Assembly: GCA_013239625.1 (NCBI GenBank)
Contig: MU053304.1
Span: 2,108,001 to 2,172,000 of the forward strand
Length of the DNA stretch: 64,000 bases
Source: Lama guanicoe
Taxonomy: Eukaryota
Direction of reading: 5' to 3'
The translations under genes and the position numbers were made by a program. Position 1 is the stretch's first letter, and each line of letters opens with the position of its first letter. Under the pieces are notes generated by a model that saw only the letters and a list, made by a program, of their open reading frames with translations, was not told where the DNA came from and ran no database searches. Below, piece by piece: positions 36,213 through 49,850 of the stretch.

Positions 36213-38189
36213 TGAGGGCCTTTGTAATGAGTCCTTTTTAAGGAATGTAAGCGCTTTCACTCAAGTTTTACTCAGGAGGATTCTGACATCACAGGGACGA
36301 GGACTATGGCACATGGTCACACGTTGCCAAGGGAAGAGCAGATATTTTAACTGGGCACATTTTTGCCCCAAACTGAGTTGGAGTTCTGTTGCTATGGCCA
36401 GAGGGAAGAATGGCAGGCAATGCGTCATCTCTACCATAGGTGCTAAATTCAAAATAACAGTGGACATGAACGATCTGGTACCCCAGACTCTGTGCATTTC
36501 TTTATTTGCCTTAGAACATTCATGCTTTTCCTCCCTGTGGTTTGGTGTAATCACACTGAAATCCGTGTAGCTCTCTGGCTTGAACACTCAGTTGCTGCTG
36601 GTCTAATACAGTATGAGATGGTTTTCTAGCCCATCTTTCAGTGAAAGCATTTTGTCCAATGGCTTGTGTTGAGAATTGCCAAGATACTAAGAAAGGAATG
36701 TGATTACAATGAAAATCGCATCTGAGTGTTTCGAAGTTTAAAAGTTTTATGTTTGTTTGGACAGAAGCTATTTGGCTAATTTTATTTGGGAAAATGTCAC
36801 ATGGTTGACATTGCATATCCTCTTTTTTTTTCCTCCTCTTTCTACACACTGGTTGTGAAAAAATTGTATGGAATGTGGCCAAATGAACTCAAGTGTCAGG
36901 GATTAGGCAGAGCCTTTTCCTCCTTCCCTTCTGTGGTTAGTGTTTGAAAAGAAGTGTCCTGATCAGACGGTAAGGAGCTGCTTGGAGTCTTTGGTTCAAG
37001 TTCATATATAATCTTCATCTCTCTCTGCATCTTTTGATGCATCCTGGACCATCTTCCACAGTTTTGTATGTTTTGGTATCTGATGTCTTTGCTAATGTTG
37101 TTTCCTTAGTTTGAAATATCCTTCCCTGCCTCACCTTCTCGCTCTGCCTGGGGGATCACACTCCCTCCATACAGATGAAACGGACTCTCTCCTGCCTCCC
37201 CTGATCTCCAGTTGTAATGAATCTCTCTCTTCTGGGTGTCCACAGTTTGTTCTTATGTCTCAGTTATCCTCCTTACCTCATTCTGGCTTTTCTTTTTATT
37301 AGATTTATGTGTGGACTTCCATCCTCAAAGTCTCCAAGCTCTAGAGGATGGGGACTAGGTCTTTGTTCCCCAGTCTGTGTCCAATTGTACCTGGTGTAAC
37401 ACTTGGAATATAAATCTGGGAACACAGTGCAAGCTCAGTAGGTATAATTTATTAAACAGTGCTTCAGTGAATTAAAGATATTTTGTAATTTACTTGCCGT
37501 CTCTCTTAATTTCTGTGGGAGGAGAAGAGAGAGGTAGTATGTTGTGTGTATCACTGTCAGTCAGTGAGGATCCTAAGGGTAGAGCCTGTCTTTTGTATTG
37601 AAAGAAGGAGGGGGGTGGAGAGACTCTCTCTTGCGTTTATCTTTACTGCCAGCTATTAATGGGGAGGCAGGCAATTCTGTGTGCCTGTATTAAGCTCTTT
37701 GGAAAATGTCCTGGATCTCCTTGACATTTGAGTCAAAATGTCATACATACATTGTATCTCTCTTGTGCCTAAGTTCTTGCCTGCTTACTGCCGGGATATT
37801 GTCTTTGTTATATTTAATCTCAGGAGTGCAGGAGATGTCAGCAGTCAGGGCTGTTCATAATAGCTGATAATTAGCTGAAAATATGAAGCGTAGAACCTGC
37901 CTTGTTTCGAGTTCCGCCTGTTTCTTGGTGGTCGCCTTGGTGGAGGGTTAGATGGTAGGAATTTTCAGGTTGCTTTTCCTTAAGGAAGATACCGTGGGCT
38001 CCAGTCGGGCATCTACATCGGGAAAATTGGAGGCATCTGGGCATGCGAAACACATTATTTGTTGTGCTAGAAAATTCTCGAAGAGAGTTATTTCCAAAGG
38101 ATACAGAAGTGCAGAAACCAGCTTGGCTTCCATTGGCCAAATATGGTACCATGTTGAGCCTCAAAATCAATAACAGTTTCTGCGGGTCA

Positions 38190-39500
38190 TATATCCGTAA
38201 GTAAAATTAGAATCTATGAAGCCATACTGATGGAAACAAACCAGAAAACAAAGAAAGAGATAGGTGATGAAAGAAAGCTCTTCCTTATAATAAAATACCA
38301 ACTAATAAATACAGCAGGAATGATAGAGTTGGAAAATCACCATTTTGGAACCATGACAGTAATAATCAGTCCAGGCGAGAATTGTTAGTGAATGCCCAAA
38401 CTAGCTGATGAAACAGGATATTTACATCCTCTCAGAAATGTATCTCTCAACATTTATCAGTTGAAAAAGAGAAACGAGCAACTTTTCAGCAGAGAAATCT
38501 GGGGCGGGGAGGTATCACCTTAAACAAATGATCAAAGTTAGTGTCACCCAGAACGGGGCAAACCGTTACCACGTGCCTCTCCGTTCGGTGCTCTGAGGAG
38601 GACCACTTGCACACCTGCTCTTCCTGTCCCAGGGGCATGTATTCTGCAAAGTAACTGGCTTGCCCTCTTCAAAACTATCGATGCCAAGAAAGGCAGAGAC
38701 AGACCAAGGTTCTGTTGCAGATGTGACAACCAAATGCAGGGTGCGATCTTGAATTGGATCCTGAACCAGGAAAAAAAATTTCTATGAAGGATTTCATTGA
38801 GATGGGGAGACGTAATTTTCCTATGGTCAGACAAGAGAATGTTGTTATTCTTGGGAACTATAACCTGAGGTTTTTGGAGGTGAAGGGGGAACGACTGCTG
38901 TGGTCTGTATCGTATTCTCAAATGCATGTGAGGGAAGGGGGGGTGGGAGGAGGTAGGGAAGAGGGAGAGATAGAGAGAAAAGGGGGGAGAGGCAGAGTAG
39001 GAGGGAGAGAGAGGGAGGGAGAGAGGCAGGAGGACGTGGAGAAGGGGAAGAAGAAAGGAAGGAGCAATTGAATGAATGAAAATGAGAATGTATTATACAG
39101 CAAATGTGGTTAAGTGGTGATGGTTGGGAGATCTGGTAAAAGATATAACTATCCTTTTCCCCCCTGGCTTTATTGAGCTATAACTGACACATAAACATTG
39201 CGTAAGTTTAAGATGGTAAAAACATGCTGATTTGACACATTTATAAATTGCAAAATTGTATGGCTGCCACCTCCATCCCTTCACATAGTTACCATTCCTT
39301 TCTTGTGGTGAGAGCATTTACGGTCTGCGCTCCCAGCGACATTCAAGCATGTGATACAGCATTGCTAGCTATCATCACCATGCTTGAATTAGCTCCCCAA
39401 ACTCGTTAGTCTCACCATTGAAAGTTTGACCTTGGACCAGCAGTCTCTCCCATTTCCACACCCCTCATCCCCTGGTAACCACCACTCTACTCTCTGAAGG
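38190..39500. mobile_element. L1MC-like (+) fragment with GA-rich low-complexity tract (38930-39062) and minus-strand L1MA/MB insert (~39155-39495)
   Basis: ttggaaaatcaccattttggaaccatgacagtaataatc; gatcttgaattggatcctgaaccag; tttattgagctataactgaca..cccctggtaaccaccactctactctctg. Confidence 0.7.
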
Positions 39501-39879
39501 TATGACTGATCTTGCTACGTCTAGCAAATTTGAAATTACTTTAATGTAAAATATTAAAGGAAAATGCATCTGTATATGAGCCCACGAATGTGGTTCCCAG
39601 TGGTTTTGGGGAGCAGGGGTCGCTGGACTGTCCAAGCACGAGGGCGGGGACTGTCCGCTTTGCTTCTCACCGCGTGTCCTGCGCAGAGCTGGGCAAAAGC
39701 AGGCAGCTCAGAAATACTTGTTTGACGGTTGCTTGCACCCAAGGGCCTCGAAGTCCCTCAGGCTGTGCACTATTGATCTTTGCATAATTGCAAATGCCAG
39801 TTGTAAATGCTTTTTTTTTTGCTATTTTCGGGTTCTTTTGGTTATATAATTATATAGAGTTATGGTTATGTATAGTCGC

Positions 39880-40215
39880 TCATGGCCATGGAACAAGTTA
39901 CTTGTAGCCAGTGGGATGTGAGCAAAAGGGATCGTAAAGGGAGGATTCCTCCTTCTCTGCCCCTTCTTCCTCTACTCTTGTGGGAATATGGATGTAATGG
40001 CCGCAGATTGGGAGGCTCTTTTAGATCATGTGAGGGGATCCCTGGGCTGAGGATGGGAGAAAGATAAGGGGCTGGATCCTTGATGCTGTGCTGGCCCGAG
40101 GCTGTTTCCTCCAGACCTCGTTTCTGTGAGACAGAAGTAACGTCTGTCTTCTTGAAACCACTGCTGTTTTGCTTTTTCGTTCATTTGCAGCTGAAGCGAA
40201 TCCTAAATGACACAC
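39880..40215 (+). mobile_element. Old MaLR LTR (MLT1J-like)
   Basis: gccagtgggatgtgagcaaaag..gggctggatccttgatg..tgtcttcttgaaaccactgctgtttt..gcagctgaagcgaatcctaaatgacaca. Confidence 0.6.
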
Positions 40216-41499
40216 TGTACTTTCTAAAAACCATCACTATGGAGTTTTTGTTCCTCTGTGGAGGTTCGTATTCAGTTTGTCCCATATATACATTCACTAT
40301 GGAAATTCTCTGGCTTTCTTCTTCTTCTCCTCCCCTTCTTTTTCTTTCTGTTTTCCCTGAGTGGGCTTTTTCTCCTGGTGAAAAGGATTCTCTTTCTGAC
40401 TGAGTGGGTGGGTTAGTGTCTGTGGTTTGGGGCACTTTTCTGGCTGAGGGTGTCCTCCTTCTTCCTCTGCAAAACCTTCTCCGTTTTGCAAATTGCTAAC
40501 TGGGTCTGAGAAGATTGTGAGGACTGGCTTTCCTAGGAGATTTCTTGCCCCAGCAGCCCAGCTGGAGCCCCGATGTGCAGAGGTAAGCACTTGGAATAAT
40601 CAGAAAAAAAGAGGAAATTTTAACGATTTCCAGTTGCCGAAAACATTTTACTTCAGTCGAAGGATTCGGAGCAGGATTTTAAAATGCTCCTTCTGCCTGG
40701 CAAGTTTTGTTTAGCAAATCTTTGTCCTTTTTGGAATCCACTCATGTTTTGACTTGTTCAGTGGAGAGTTCTTCCTTCGGAACTGTTTATTGCCACTAAG
40801 GTTTGTGGTGCACTCATTCCCGCAGACAATAGATGGGTGTGTGTACCCACAGCACAACGTGAACTGACGAGCTGACTTCCAGCTTGTTTTCTGTCAGGCT
40901 GGTGTGTAAGCAGTGGGGCTTCACCCCCCAATTCCATGTAGGTGTTTCTGTGCACTGGAATTCAGGAACTTGAAAATGAACCTTGCAGGGATCTTGCACA
41001 GTGTTCAGTTACTTCCTTTGAAGTATTTATTTTTTAAATCTTACATGAATGAAGATTGTATTTACTTGCATAATTCCCATAATAATGTTATTTCATGCCC
41101 TGGCGGCTCAGCTCTGTAGCTGGAAGCATACTCTCCTTCTGGTGGATGGTATTGACTGCTGGTGCCCTGGCTAATATAAACCTGAAAGATAACTGACAGT
41201 CGCTTGAATGTGAAGGATTCTATTTGGCATTGCCACGGGAGAGGTTTTCCAGCTCCCTGAACTTCAGCTAGCCTGGGCAGGAAGCAGTGATTGCTACTGT
41301 ATGCACATTTTTATTTTATTCCTAAAGAATAAAGGGAACACATCACTTACTTCTGTTACTCACATTTTGGTCTGCAGAACAAAACAAACAAAACAGCAAA
41401 GGAAATAACAGCTAAACAGACAAAGCAAAATGCGGAGGGAGGCATGATAAAAATGACTTCAATATCCCCCTGGCTTAAGTGAGCCCAGTGTAATGGGAA

Positions 41500-41690
41500 C
41501 ATGGCAGGACTAGGAAGTAGAGCATTTTCTTGTAGATTTCAGCACCACGGGGTACTTGCTATATGACCTTGGGGAAGGACATGAACTTCTGAGGCTCAGT
41601 TTCCCCATTCAGTAAAATGAGTCCAATAACAGAATTCTTCTGAAGGTGAAATTAGATCACATATGTAAAAGTGTTTTGTAACCCAAAATA
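41500..41690 (+). mobile_element. MIR
   Basis: tacttgctatatgaccttgggg..aacttctgaggctcagtttccccattcagtaaaatgag. Confidence 0.7.
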
Positions 41691-43669
41691 CATTCCAGTA
41701 CATTTTAGCAGTCAGCTAATTAAGGGAGGGGTTTACCTTTACCCAGACCTCCGAGGCTGATTTTCCTGGTCTGGAGTACCCTAATTGGTGCTCTAGGTAA
41801 TAGTAACTATTAAGAGTTTATCAGAATTTTTATGTAATGTGCAAAAATATACTCGGATTAAAATGAGTAGCGTTTCCGTACCTTCAGGGTTATTACTATT
41901 AGTGAAAACTTATGAGAGGGAAATTCGGCAAATAAAATAGGTCTCCTTTTCCTCTTGCATTTAAGCGTATGGAGACAACTGTGGCATTCGCCAAAAGGCT
42001 TGGGGTGTCACAGGAGGCATCACTTCACCTTGGCCTTGCCTGGAATAGAGAGGCATTTGTCCAAGAGAGAAGCTTTACTAAGTGGTGTGTTCAGACAACA
42101 CAGAGAAAGGTAGTGCGAGAGATGGATAGCAACTGGTGGATTTTCAAGTGTGTCCTGGAGAAGATGCAAATGCCATAATTAATCATCTGGACACCTCTTT
42201 TAAGGATAAAGGAAAACATGCCTATTGGCAAAGATGGGCTTTGATACATGGCAGATCTGTATGTGGGACCTTGATCGTAGACAATTGAAAACAAGTAATG
42301 AACCAATTAAATTAACTGAAGCTTCCGGGTGTAGAGCCTTGGAATTTGCCAGGACAGTGTCCCTGTTTCTCTAAGCGCCACAGTGGCTCACGGCCATGGC
42401 AGATGTCATACCTCATACTCCCAGAAGCAAAGCAGGGGCTGGGGAGGACTTTGCAGGGAAGTTCTGATGGGAATTCAGAGAGCGAAGTTTGGGAAATGAG
42501 GCTCTTCTGAAGAAGTGAGAAAGGATGAGTACGTGATTTCACTTTTAAAAGAATGGAAATTGCTTTTGCTGATTAGACAGTACGTCGAGATTACGAGGAT
42601 GGAAAGAGGTATTTTGCGTCTGTTATAAACACAGTATTTGGGGAATACGAACTGCAAACCAAAAGGAGGGGGAGATAATTGATCTTCTTAGGAGAGATTC
42701 CATAATTTTGACTGACATAAAGAAAAATGGAAGAATTTTGAGGGATTGACCTTTTTTTAATGAGGTGTTCTGTGGAGTTTGAATTTTGGGAAAGAGGGTC
42801 ATGAATATTTGTTGATGAAAACAGTCATGCGTGGTATAGTTTTGAGGGGCTCCCTACAGACAGACTTCATCCCCAGTTCTAGTTTTCACAGCTGGTTGCA
42901 GTTGTTTGGATGACAGTAAGTCAGGGATACTTGGTTCTGTATCTGGAAAAAATGATGCCAGACTGCTTACGCGTGTGATTGGAAAATGGCTACCGAGATT
43001 GAGGCTCCTTTGGGCTAGGCTGAACACGTGACAAGGAATTCCAATTCCCCTGATTTGTATTAGAATCCCAAACAGTGGTTAAATGAGGTTGCACTGATTT
43101 TCTGTGGAGACCTAAAAAGTAACATATTTTGTTTACGCATTGCTGGTTTTTGCTTTACTTTTATGTTTGTATTAGAAATGAGCAGTTCAGTCCCAGAGAA
43201 AGTACACGTGGGGCTTTTTGCCAAGTTCCGGTGCCAAACATGCGTTTTGTGATTAAAGTATCCAGTGTTCATCTTTGCTTGACAAAAACCAAGTTAAGAT
43301 TTTTTTTTTAAACTTTACATGATCTGAGAAGAAAGCAAAAGAAAGCATTATAAGTAGAAGGTGTAAGACCGAGGACAAGGTGAGAGGTACTAAACTAGGC
43401 TTTGACAAGCATAGCCATAACTTCGATCTTGTAAAGAAAAGATTTTCATTCCTCTTTGTACTGGAGAAAGGCAGATAAAAAATCATTGTGATTAATGCGA
43501 AATTTCCTTGTTTCTTATTTTCCTTCGATTGTTGTCCTGAGGTGGTGGGATTTGCTGTGAGGAAAATATTTTGTTCCATCCTTGTTTTTCGTCTCTGGGT
43601 TTTAATATTCAAACGCTACACATCTGTAGAATGCTAGCTACAGAAATGAAAAGATGATAGTCATTGATT

Positions 43670-44480
43670 AGTAGACCAATGTTTATTGAGCACCTACTAT
43701 GAGCCAGATACTATGCTGAGCTCAGAGTCTTGAGGATGTAACAGACATATAAATATGTCAATTATGGTACAGAGCATACGTGCTGTAATGCAGACAGAGG
43801 GCAGTTATGAACCTTGTGCTAGATGGGAACCCTTTCCTGAGGAGGGGATGTAAGCTATTCAAGGATGAATAGGCATTTGCTAGGTTGAGAAGATTACCCT
43901 AGGCATAGGAAAGAATGTGCACAGAGCTGGAACTCAGGCTTGTCCAGGTAAGGGAGAACACGGTAGGTGAGGCTGGTGGGGGGTGGGAGAGGGGCTGGGG
44001 TGAAAGAATGAAGAAGCCAAAAAGTAGCTGAGGCGTGTTTGGAAAGGGTCTTATAAGGGATATTTATGAGCATAGACTTCATCTATTAGGCATTGGGGAA
44101 CCCCTGATGGCATACAGGAGACGAAGGACTCAGATATGTTGGTCTTAGGAAGATTATTTTGGTTGTGGCATAGAGAATGAATCAAGAGCAGGGAAACGAA
44201 GACACTGTTGGAAATGGTACAGAAAAAAAGGGGATGAAGATGTCATGTGAAGCAGTGACTGCTGGGGGTGAGCAGGTGGCAGAGGGTTTGAAGGAGAGTT
44301 GGGAGGTTGGATTGATAGCAGATTAGGGAGGAGAGGAAACGTGCTACTCGGGTACCTAGCCTGGGCAGCTGAGTGGAATGTCATGCTGCACGTGGAGCCC
44401 GCCAGGTCTTGTAGTGGAAGGAGCAGATTTCAGGTGGCGGTGGGATAGCATGGGGGCGGAAATCACGAGTTTTTCTTCCA
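43670..44480 (-). mobile_element. L2 fragment
   Basis: tgtttattgagcacctactatgagccagatactatgct..aaggatgaataggcatttgctagg..ttaggaagattattttgg. Confidence 0.75.
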
Positions 44481-45279
44481 GACCTATAACCATTTTAGCA
44501 TGTGGGTATGCACTTCCAGTTGTTATGTGCAGTATGCTGAGTCATAGCAAGTGGTGTGAGTTTTGATTTTAGCTGGTCTCTAATTAGGCAGAACAGAAAA
44601 ACTGTATTTTAGTGGTTGGTGAAAGTTTTTTCCACCTCATGATCTAAACGCAGAAGTCTGTGCCTTCAAAAATAACTACTGAACAGTAGCTGTGTCTGCC
44701 ATTGTGCTTAAGAGGTTCCTGTTGTGAATTTTTACAGGCGAGGAAATGTAGAGGTTAAGAAGTATACAGAAAGCAGTGAAGGTGGAATCTAATTGGGTGT
44801 GTATTACAGGCAAGCATGTTCTTATATTTGATTTCCTGAACAATGATAACTTTTGGAAAATTTGTTCAAAAAAAAAAAAGACTCTATTTGAACTGTAGCA
44901 GGTAAATTGTAAGGCATTTTGGTTCTTATATGGTCATTTAGGCAAGTCATTGAAACTTTTCTGCCCATGTGGTGAGAATAAAGCTTGACTTACGCCTGCC
45001 GTGATTTTTGTTTTACTTAAAAGCTCACCGACTCTTTAGAAAAAAATATAGTTGGAATATCTTTCAGGATTATAATGGAAGAATTGGACACCTTGAAAAC
45101 CTGTGCTCACATGAAGAATGCTCTCTTTCTGTTTTCCTTGTGCAACACTCAGTATTCCTCTGACTAGGTAAACAGTATTTTGTAGATTTTTTTTTCCAGG
45201 TAAAATGATTTTTTTTTCTCTTGGATTGACGGCAAAACTGAAACAGATCCAACATACCAAAGTGTAAAAACCAAGCCTC

Positions 45280-46195
45280 CGTAAGTTCAAGGCTATCAGC
45301 TAGTAACTTCACTGCTTTTTACAGCAAACATCAACATTCTTGTTACGACAGAATGACAACAGAATCCAGAGTCTTAAAATGTGTCATCCACCGTGTTCAG
45401 TGTAAAATAAAAAAATTCTAGCAGGAAAATGTAACAGATAGCCAAGGGAAATAGGAGTCAATAAAAACAGACCTCAAGAAGACACAGATGTTGGAATAGC
45501 AGGAAAAGACTTTAAAGCAGTTACTATAAATATATTTAAGGAACTCAAGTTTTTGTTACAAGGAGTGAACAGATGGAATATCTCGATAGAGAAATGGAAA
45601 CTTACCAAAAAAAAAAAAAAAGGAAACCCTAGCACTAAAAAGCAAAATATCTAAAATGGAAAATTTTGCCCTATGGACTTAATGGCAGTTGAAAAAGGAA
45701 GAGGAAGGGGCTGGTGAACTTGAAAACGGACCCACAGAAGTGACTCCACCTGAAAAACACAGAAGAAAATAACAGAGCCTCAGCAACTTGCGAGAGACAT
45801 CAAGCAGTGAAAGATACATGTAATTGCAGTCCCAGGAAGAAGGAAGAAATAGACTGGGACAGAAAAAAAAAATTTAACACATAATGTTTTAAAATTTCCC
45901 AATTTTAGTGAAAGATACTGACTTATGGATCCAAGAACCTTAGCAAATCCCAAGGAGGAGAAACTCAAAGAAAACGACACTCAGGCAAACTGACTACAAA
46001 GCGTTTCATAGTCAAAATGCTGGAAAAGACAAAGATGAGAACAGTCATGAAAACTGCATGCGTACATACAGAGGAACAGTGGTAGGAGTCATCACTTGAC
46101 GTCTCATCAGAAATGTTGGAGAGAAGGAGACGGCGAGAGTGACTTCTTTTAAGGACGGAAGGGAAAGAGCCGCCTGTCAGATCAGAGCTCTGTAT
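45280..46195 (+). mobile_element. Old L1 5'/ORF1 region remnant
   Basis: gacacagatgttggaatagcaggaaaagactttaaagcagttactataaatat..aagaggaaggggctggtgaacttgaa..tttcccaattt..gtctcatcagaaa. Confidence 0.75.
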
Positions 46196-47359
46196 TTGTA
46201 CCTGAAAACAGGAGTTTATGCTTCCTTGCTTAGTTTGGAAACTTTTGAATCAAAGTTAGACAGGTTTCAGTACTATATGACTTCTCCGTAAATTGAGAAT
46301 TCCTACAAAAAGTATATCATCTTTGCCACCATTTCCAAACTTTTTTTTTTTTAACCATAAATCATTAATTCACAGAATGTCTCAGGGGATTAGTTTTATT
46401 TGTGAAACACTGAGAAATACTAAACTTTGAGAATGGAATTTGATATTATTTACTCTTCATTTTTATAATCGTGATCTCTCCAGGATGAAGTGATCTGGGG
46501 AAGTAATTGGCAGTGTATCTGTTTGTGTCTCTAATAGTGAAAATGTGACGTTTTACCCACCTTGCAAATTTTCTTCTTTCTAATAATACATTTGTGGGGG
46601 ATTGAGTGGCTTGGGACTGTTGCCAGGTGAAATATTTTCCAGCAGGGCTGAATTGTTCAGTGTTGCCTCCTTAGACTATTTAGCTATAGCTGCAAATTGA
46701 ACTCCCCCTGGAGTTCTCCATGCATATTCTTTGAGTATAATAGTGCCAGGAATATAGGTTGAGTTGGGGTACAATGAAATCGTGATCTTTCATGTCTCTG
46801 ATGCGTATTTATGTGTAGTCTCATGTGGAGTTTAAACATGAAGTGTTGTAAACGAATGCTTCCAGAAAAGCAAGTTGTAAAGGAAACCCAGAACTACACT
46901 GTAAATGACTTAAGCCTTCTAGCTGAAATAAAGTTTCAGTTTCTTGAAATTATTCATTGAAAGACTAAGTGACAAATTTTGTTGCTGCTGAGTGACATGA
47001 ACTTCTCTTTTAGGATAACTAGGAAATGGAGCTGAAGAGATCATCAGTCAAAAGGTGTGTTTTGAATTTGGTTGCTGTCCTCATCTTCCCTTCCTAAGTC
47101 TAGTCACATCGACCCTAGCACTCGAACGTGTTCCCTGTCCATGGCTGACTCTGAGATCTCCACATGGACCACTTGGAGGCTCCCGTTGCACTGACATTGA
47201 TTGACATGTGGGGTTTTGCTTGTCTTCTTGCTTGTGGCTGTCCAGGATGTGATGGAGATTTGTCTCTCTCTGGTTTCTCACTTCTTCCAGGAATTTGTGA
47301 ATCTCAGTCTCTTTTCTTTCCAAATCAAAGAATCCTAACCAAAGACTATAAATTCTTTT

Positions 47360-47870
47360 TATAGCAGTGATGCTCTCATGAGTGATCCCCAGATCTTAAG
47401 CATCAATCACTTGGAAACCTGTTAGAAATACAAATTCTTTCCTTCCCCTTCCACTATGTACTAAGTCTGAAACTCTGGGAGTGGGACCCAGCAATCTGTG
47501 CTTTAACAAGCTCTTCTGGTGAGCAGGTTTTCCATCCTGTTAGTTATTCAACAACAAAGGTAAGACAGAACTCAAATGTTCTTGGTGGTGGTTGTGGCAG
47601 GGTGGTGGCTGAACCTCTTTCAAATCAAGTGAAATATTTTAAACAGTAACAATAACAACAATTAGCAGTCATCAGAAAGAAATAACAGAACCTAATATTT
47701 ACCGAATATTTTCAGTGTAGGTCAGACCCTCTGCGTGCCTTATCTCCATTAATTCTCACAATTTTCCTGAGGTCAGTACTCATGTGATTGCTGTTTTATG
47801 GTGAGGAAACAAATTAGGAAAAAGGTTGGCCAAGGTCAAGATGTTTAGTAGGACAGCCAGGATTATGATG
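47360..47870. mobile_element. MER5A fragment (~47360-47525) and MIR (~47680-47870)
   Basis: cacttggaaacctgttagaaatacaaattc..gaaactctgggagtgggacccagcaatctgtgctttaacaag; ttttatggtgaggaaac..ggccaaggtca. Confidence 0.7.
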
Positions 47871-49654
47871 CTGGCCAGACTAGTACTAGCAACAATGTCA
47901 TGACCTGCTTGGTAAAGCTATCTGAGACTTCAGACAATGCCCGTCTCCTTCCATCCCTGCCTGTACTTCCCGTGTGATGCTAGAAACCTATTTGTAAATG
48001 CAAGAAGTGGAGCCAACGTTCAAGTCTTTGCAAGCCTGTGTCTGTCTTGCTCATTTCTGACTTACCCCTTCTCCCAAGTTCATAGCCAAAGCTACTTTGG
48101 TCAAGTAGAGTGAATGTTATACTTTATGCCCTGTGCAAACAAATTTTTATAGCCTGTTTTCTTTCAGAAGTTTATCTCCTTCTGGAAGTAACCAATTCAC
48201 TGACCTTTTATCTTTGGGCTCTAGTTTGTGGTTTTTGAAGCTTTCCAAGATCAACTGAGCAATGATGTGGTTTGGCAATTTAAACAGTTAATACAGTATC
48301 AAGCTGGATGATTTTGAAAGCAATTAATGCTTGAATGAAGTCCTTATCCTTCTGAGTTATGGTCCCCGCCCCCTCCCTTAAAAAAAACTTTATTGGATGA
48401 TTGGAGGCAGGCTTTCAAATTCCATTCCTGGTAATTGAGGGGTTTATTTTACCTCCAAGATATTTTTGCTTTCTGGATCAACAAGGAAATAGAATGTTTT
48501 AAAGAAGTAAGACAAACCATATTAAATGGAGAGAAAAGGGCTCTCTAAGATTGAAATTTAATGCCACCGTTTTTAAACATGAAAGTAGAAACAAATGAAC
48601 CTTCAAAGGTACTAATTAATTTGATGCTGGCTCCCACCCCTCCCACCGTGTGGATTCCATTTAGTCGAGGAGTCTAAAAGAAGGACATTAATTAAAATTG
48701 GAATGATTAATTTTATTATGTGTAAGTCAGAATAAATTAATTCCAATGTCAGTATAAATTAACTCCAGTGTTAATAATTCCATAGACTTCCTTTCCATGG
48801 TTTGCTTCAGTGATTGAGAGTTTATCAGACATTCCTAAGAATTCAGAAACACTTGTGTGTTTGGCGGGGGTGGGAGGGGGAGTGGATGAAGGGCATAAAA
48901 ATGCATAGTTACTCAAGAAATGTCGACTTACACTCCAGATTTTATTCATGTTAGGGTAGCCTTTAATTTTAAGCAAAAACATTTATTGGGAGTGGTCAAA
49001 GTTTCTCCTCATCCTCTTCCTCTGTGCCTGGATCCATTTCCCTGTTTTTTTTTTTTTTTTTTCACGTACTACATACAGGTTGAAACACATGAACAGCTTT
49101 GTACTTGCCTGAGATTCAAAGAATGTTCTGTTTTTCTGTTGCGCAGTGGGTCATTGCAAATTGTTGTTACCTCTCCAATCAAAACTGTGTGCTTTCTAGA
49201 GAATAATGCTTTCAACAGGCAGTTTGCTCTGCCAATATGTTTAGGGGGCATTCTTAAATGAATATAAATGGTAAGTGGAAGTGTTCATAAGACATTTGTT
49301 TACATTTTTCTTCTTTTCCATCCAAGTCATTCAGACCTCAAGTGCTGATTTTATGGGTCGACTACGTTCTGCAGCCCTGACTGGTGTTAATGACTTCCTG
49401 TTCTCTCCTAAGTCCTTCAATGTAGTCACAGAATGAGTAAACATTTGGGTCAGATTTCCTTTTTCGTTCTCTGGATGTAAAAGGATTCCTTAGTTTCTGC
49501 CGTGGGTAATTTTCCTCATACATGACCTACCAGCGAGTTCTTCTGTTTGTTTTAATGTATTCATATTAGGGTGAGATTTTAATAATATGTTAAAAACATT
49601 TAGATCATCATCTCTGTTGGGGGCAGCAGTTCGTGTGTGTGTGTGTGTGTGTGT

Positions 49655-49850
49655 TTGCAAAGGGTCAGGCAGTTAGTCTTCGGGGCTTTGTGGCCCACAC
49701 TCTGCTGTAACTCTGCTCTGAGGCTGCGGGATGAAAACAGCTATAGACAATACGTGAACAAATGGACAGGATTGTGTTTTAATAAAACTTTATGCATAAC
49801 AACAGTTGGTGGGTTGGTTTGCTCTGGACTGTAGTTTGCCGACCCCTGCT
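49655..49850. mobile_element. MER58A-like hAT-Charlie element
   Basis: aaacagctatagacaatacgtgaacaaatggacagg..aataaaactttat..tgtagtttgccgacccctg. Confidence 0.8.
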
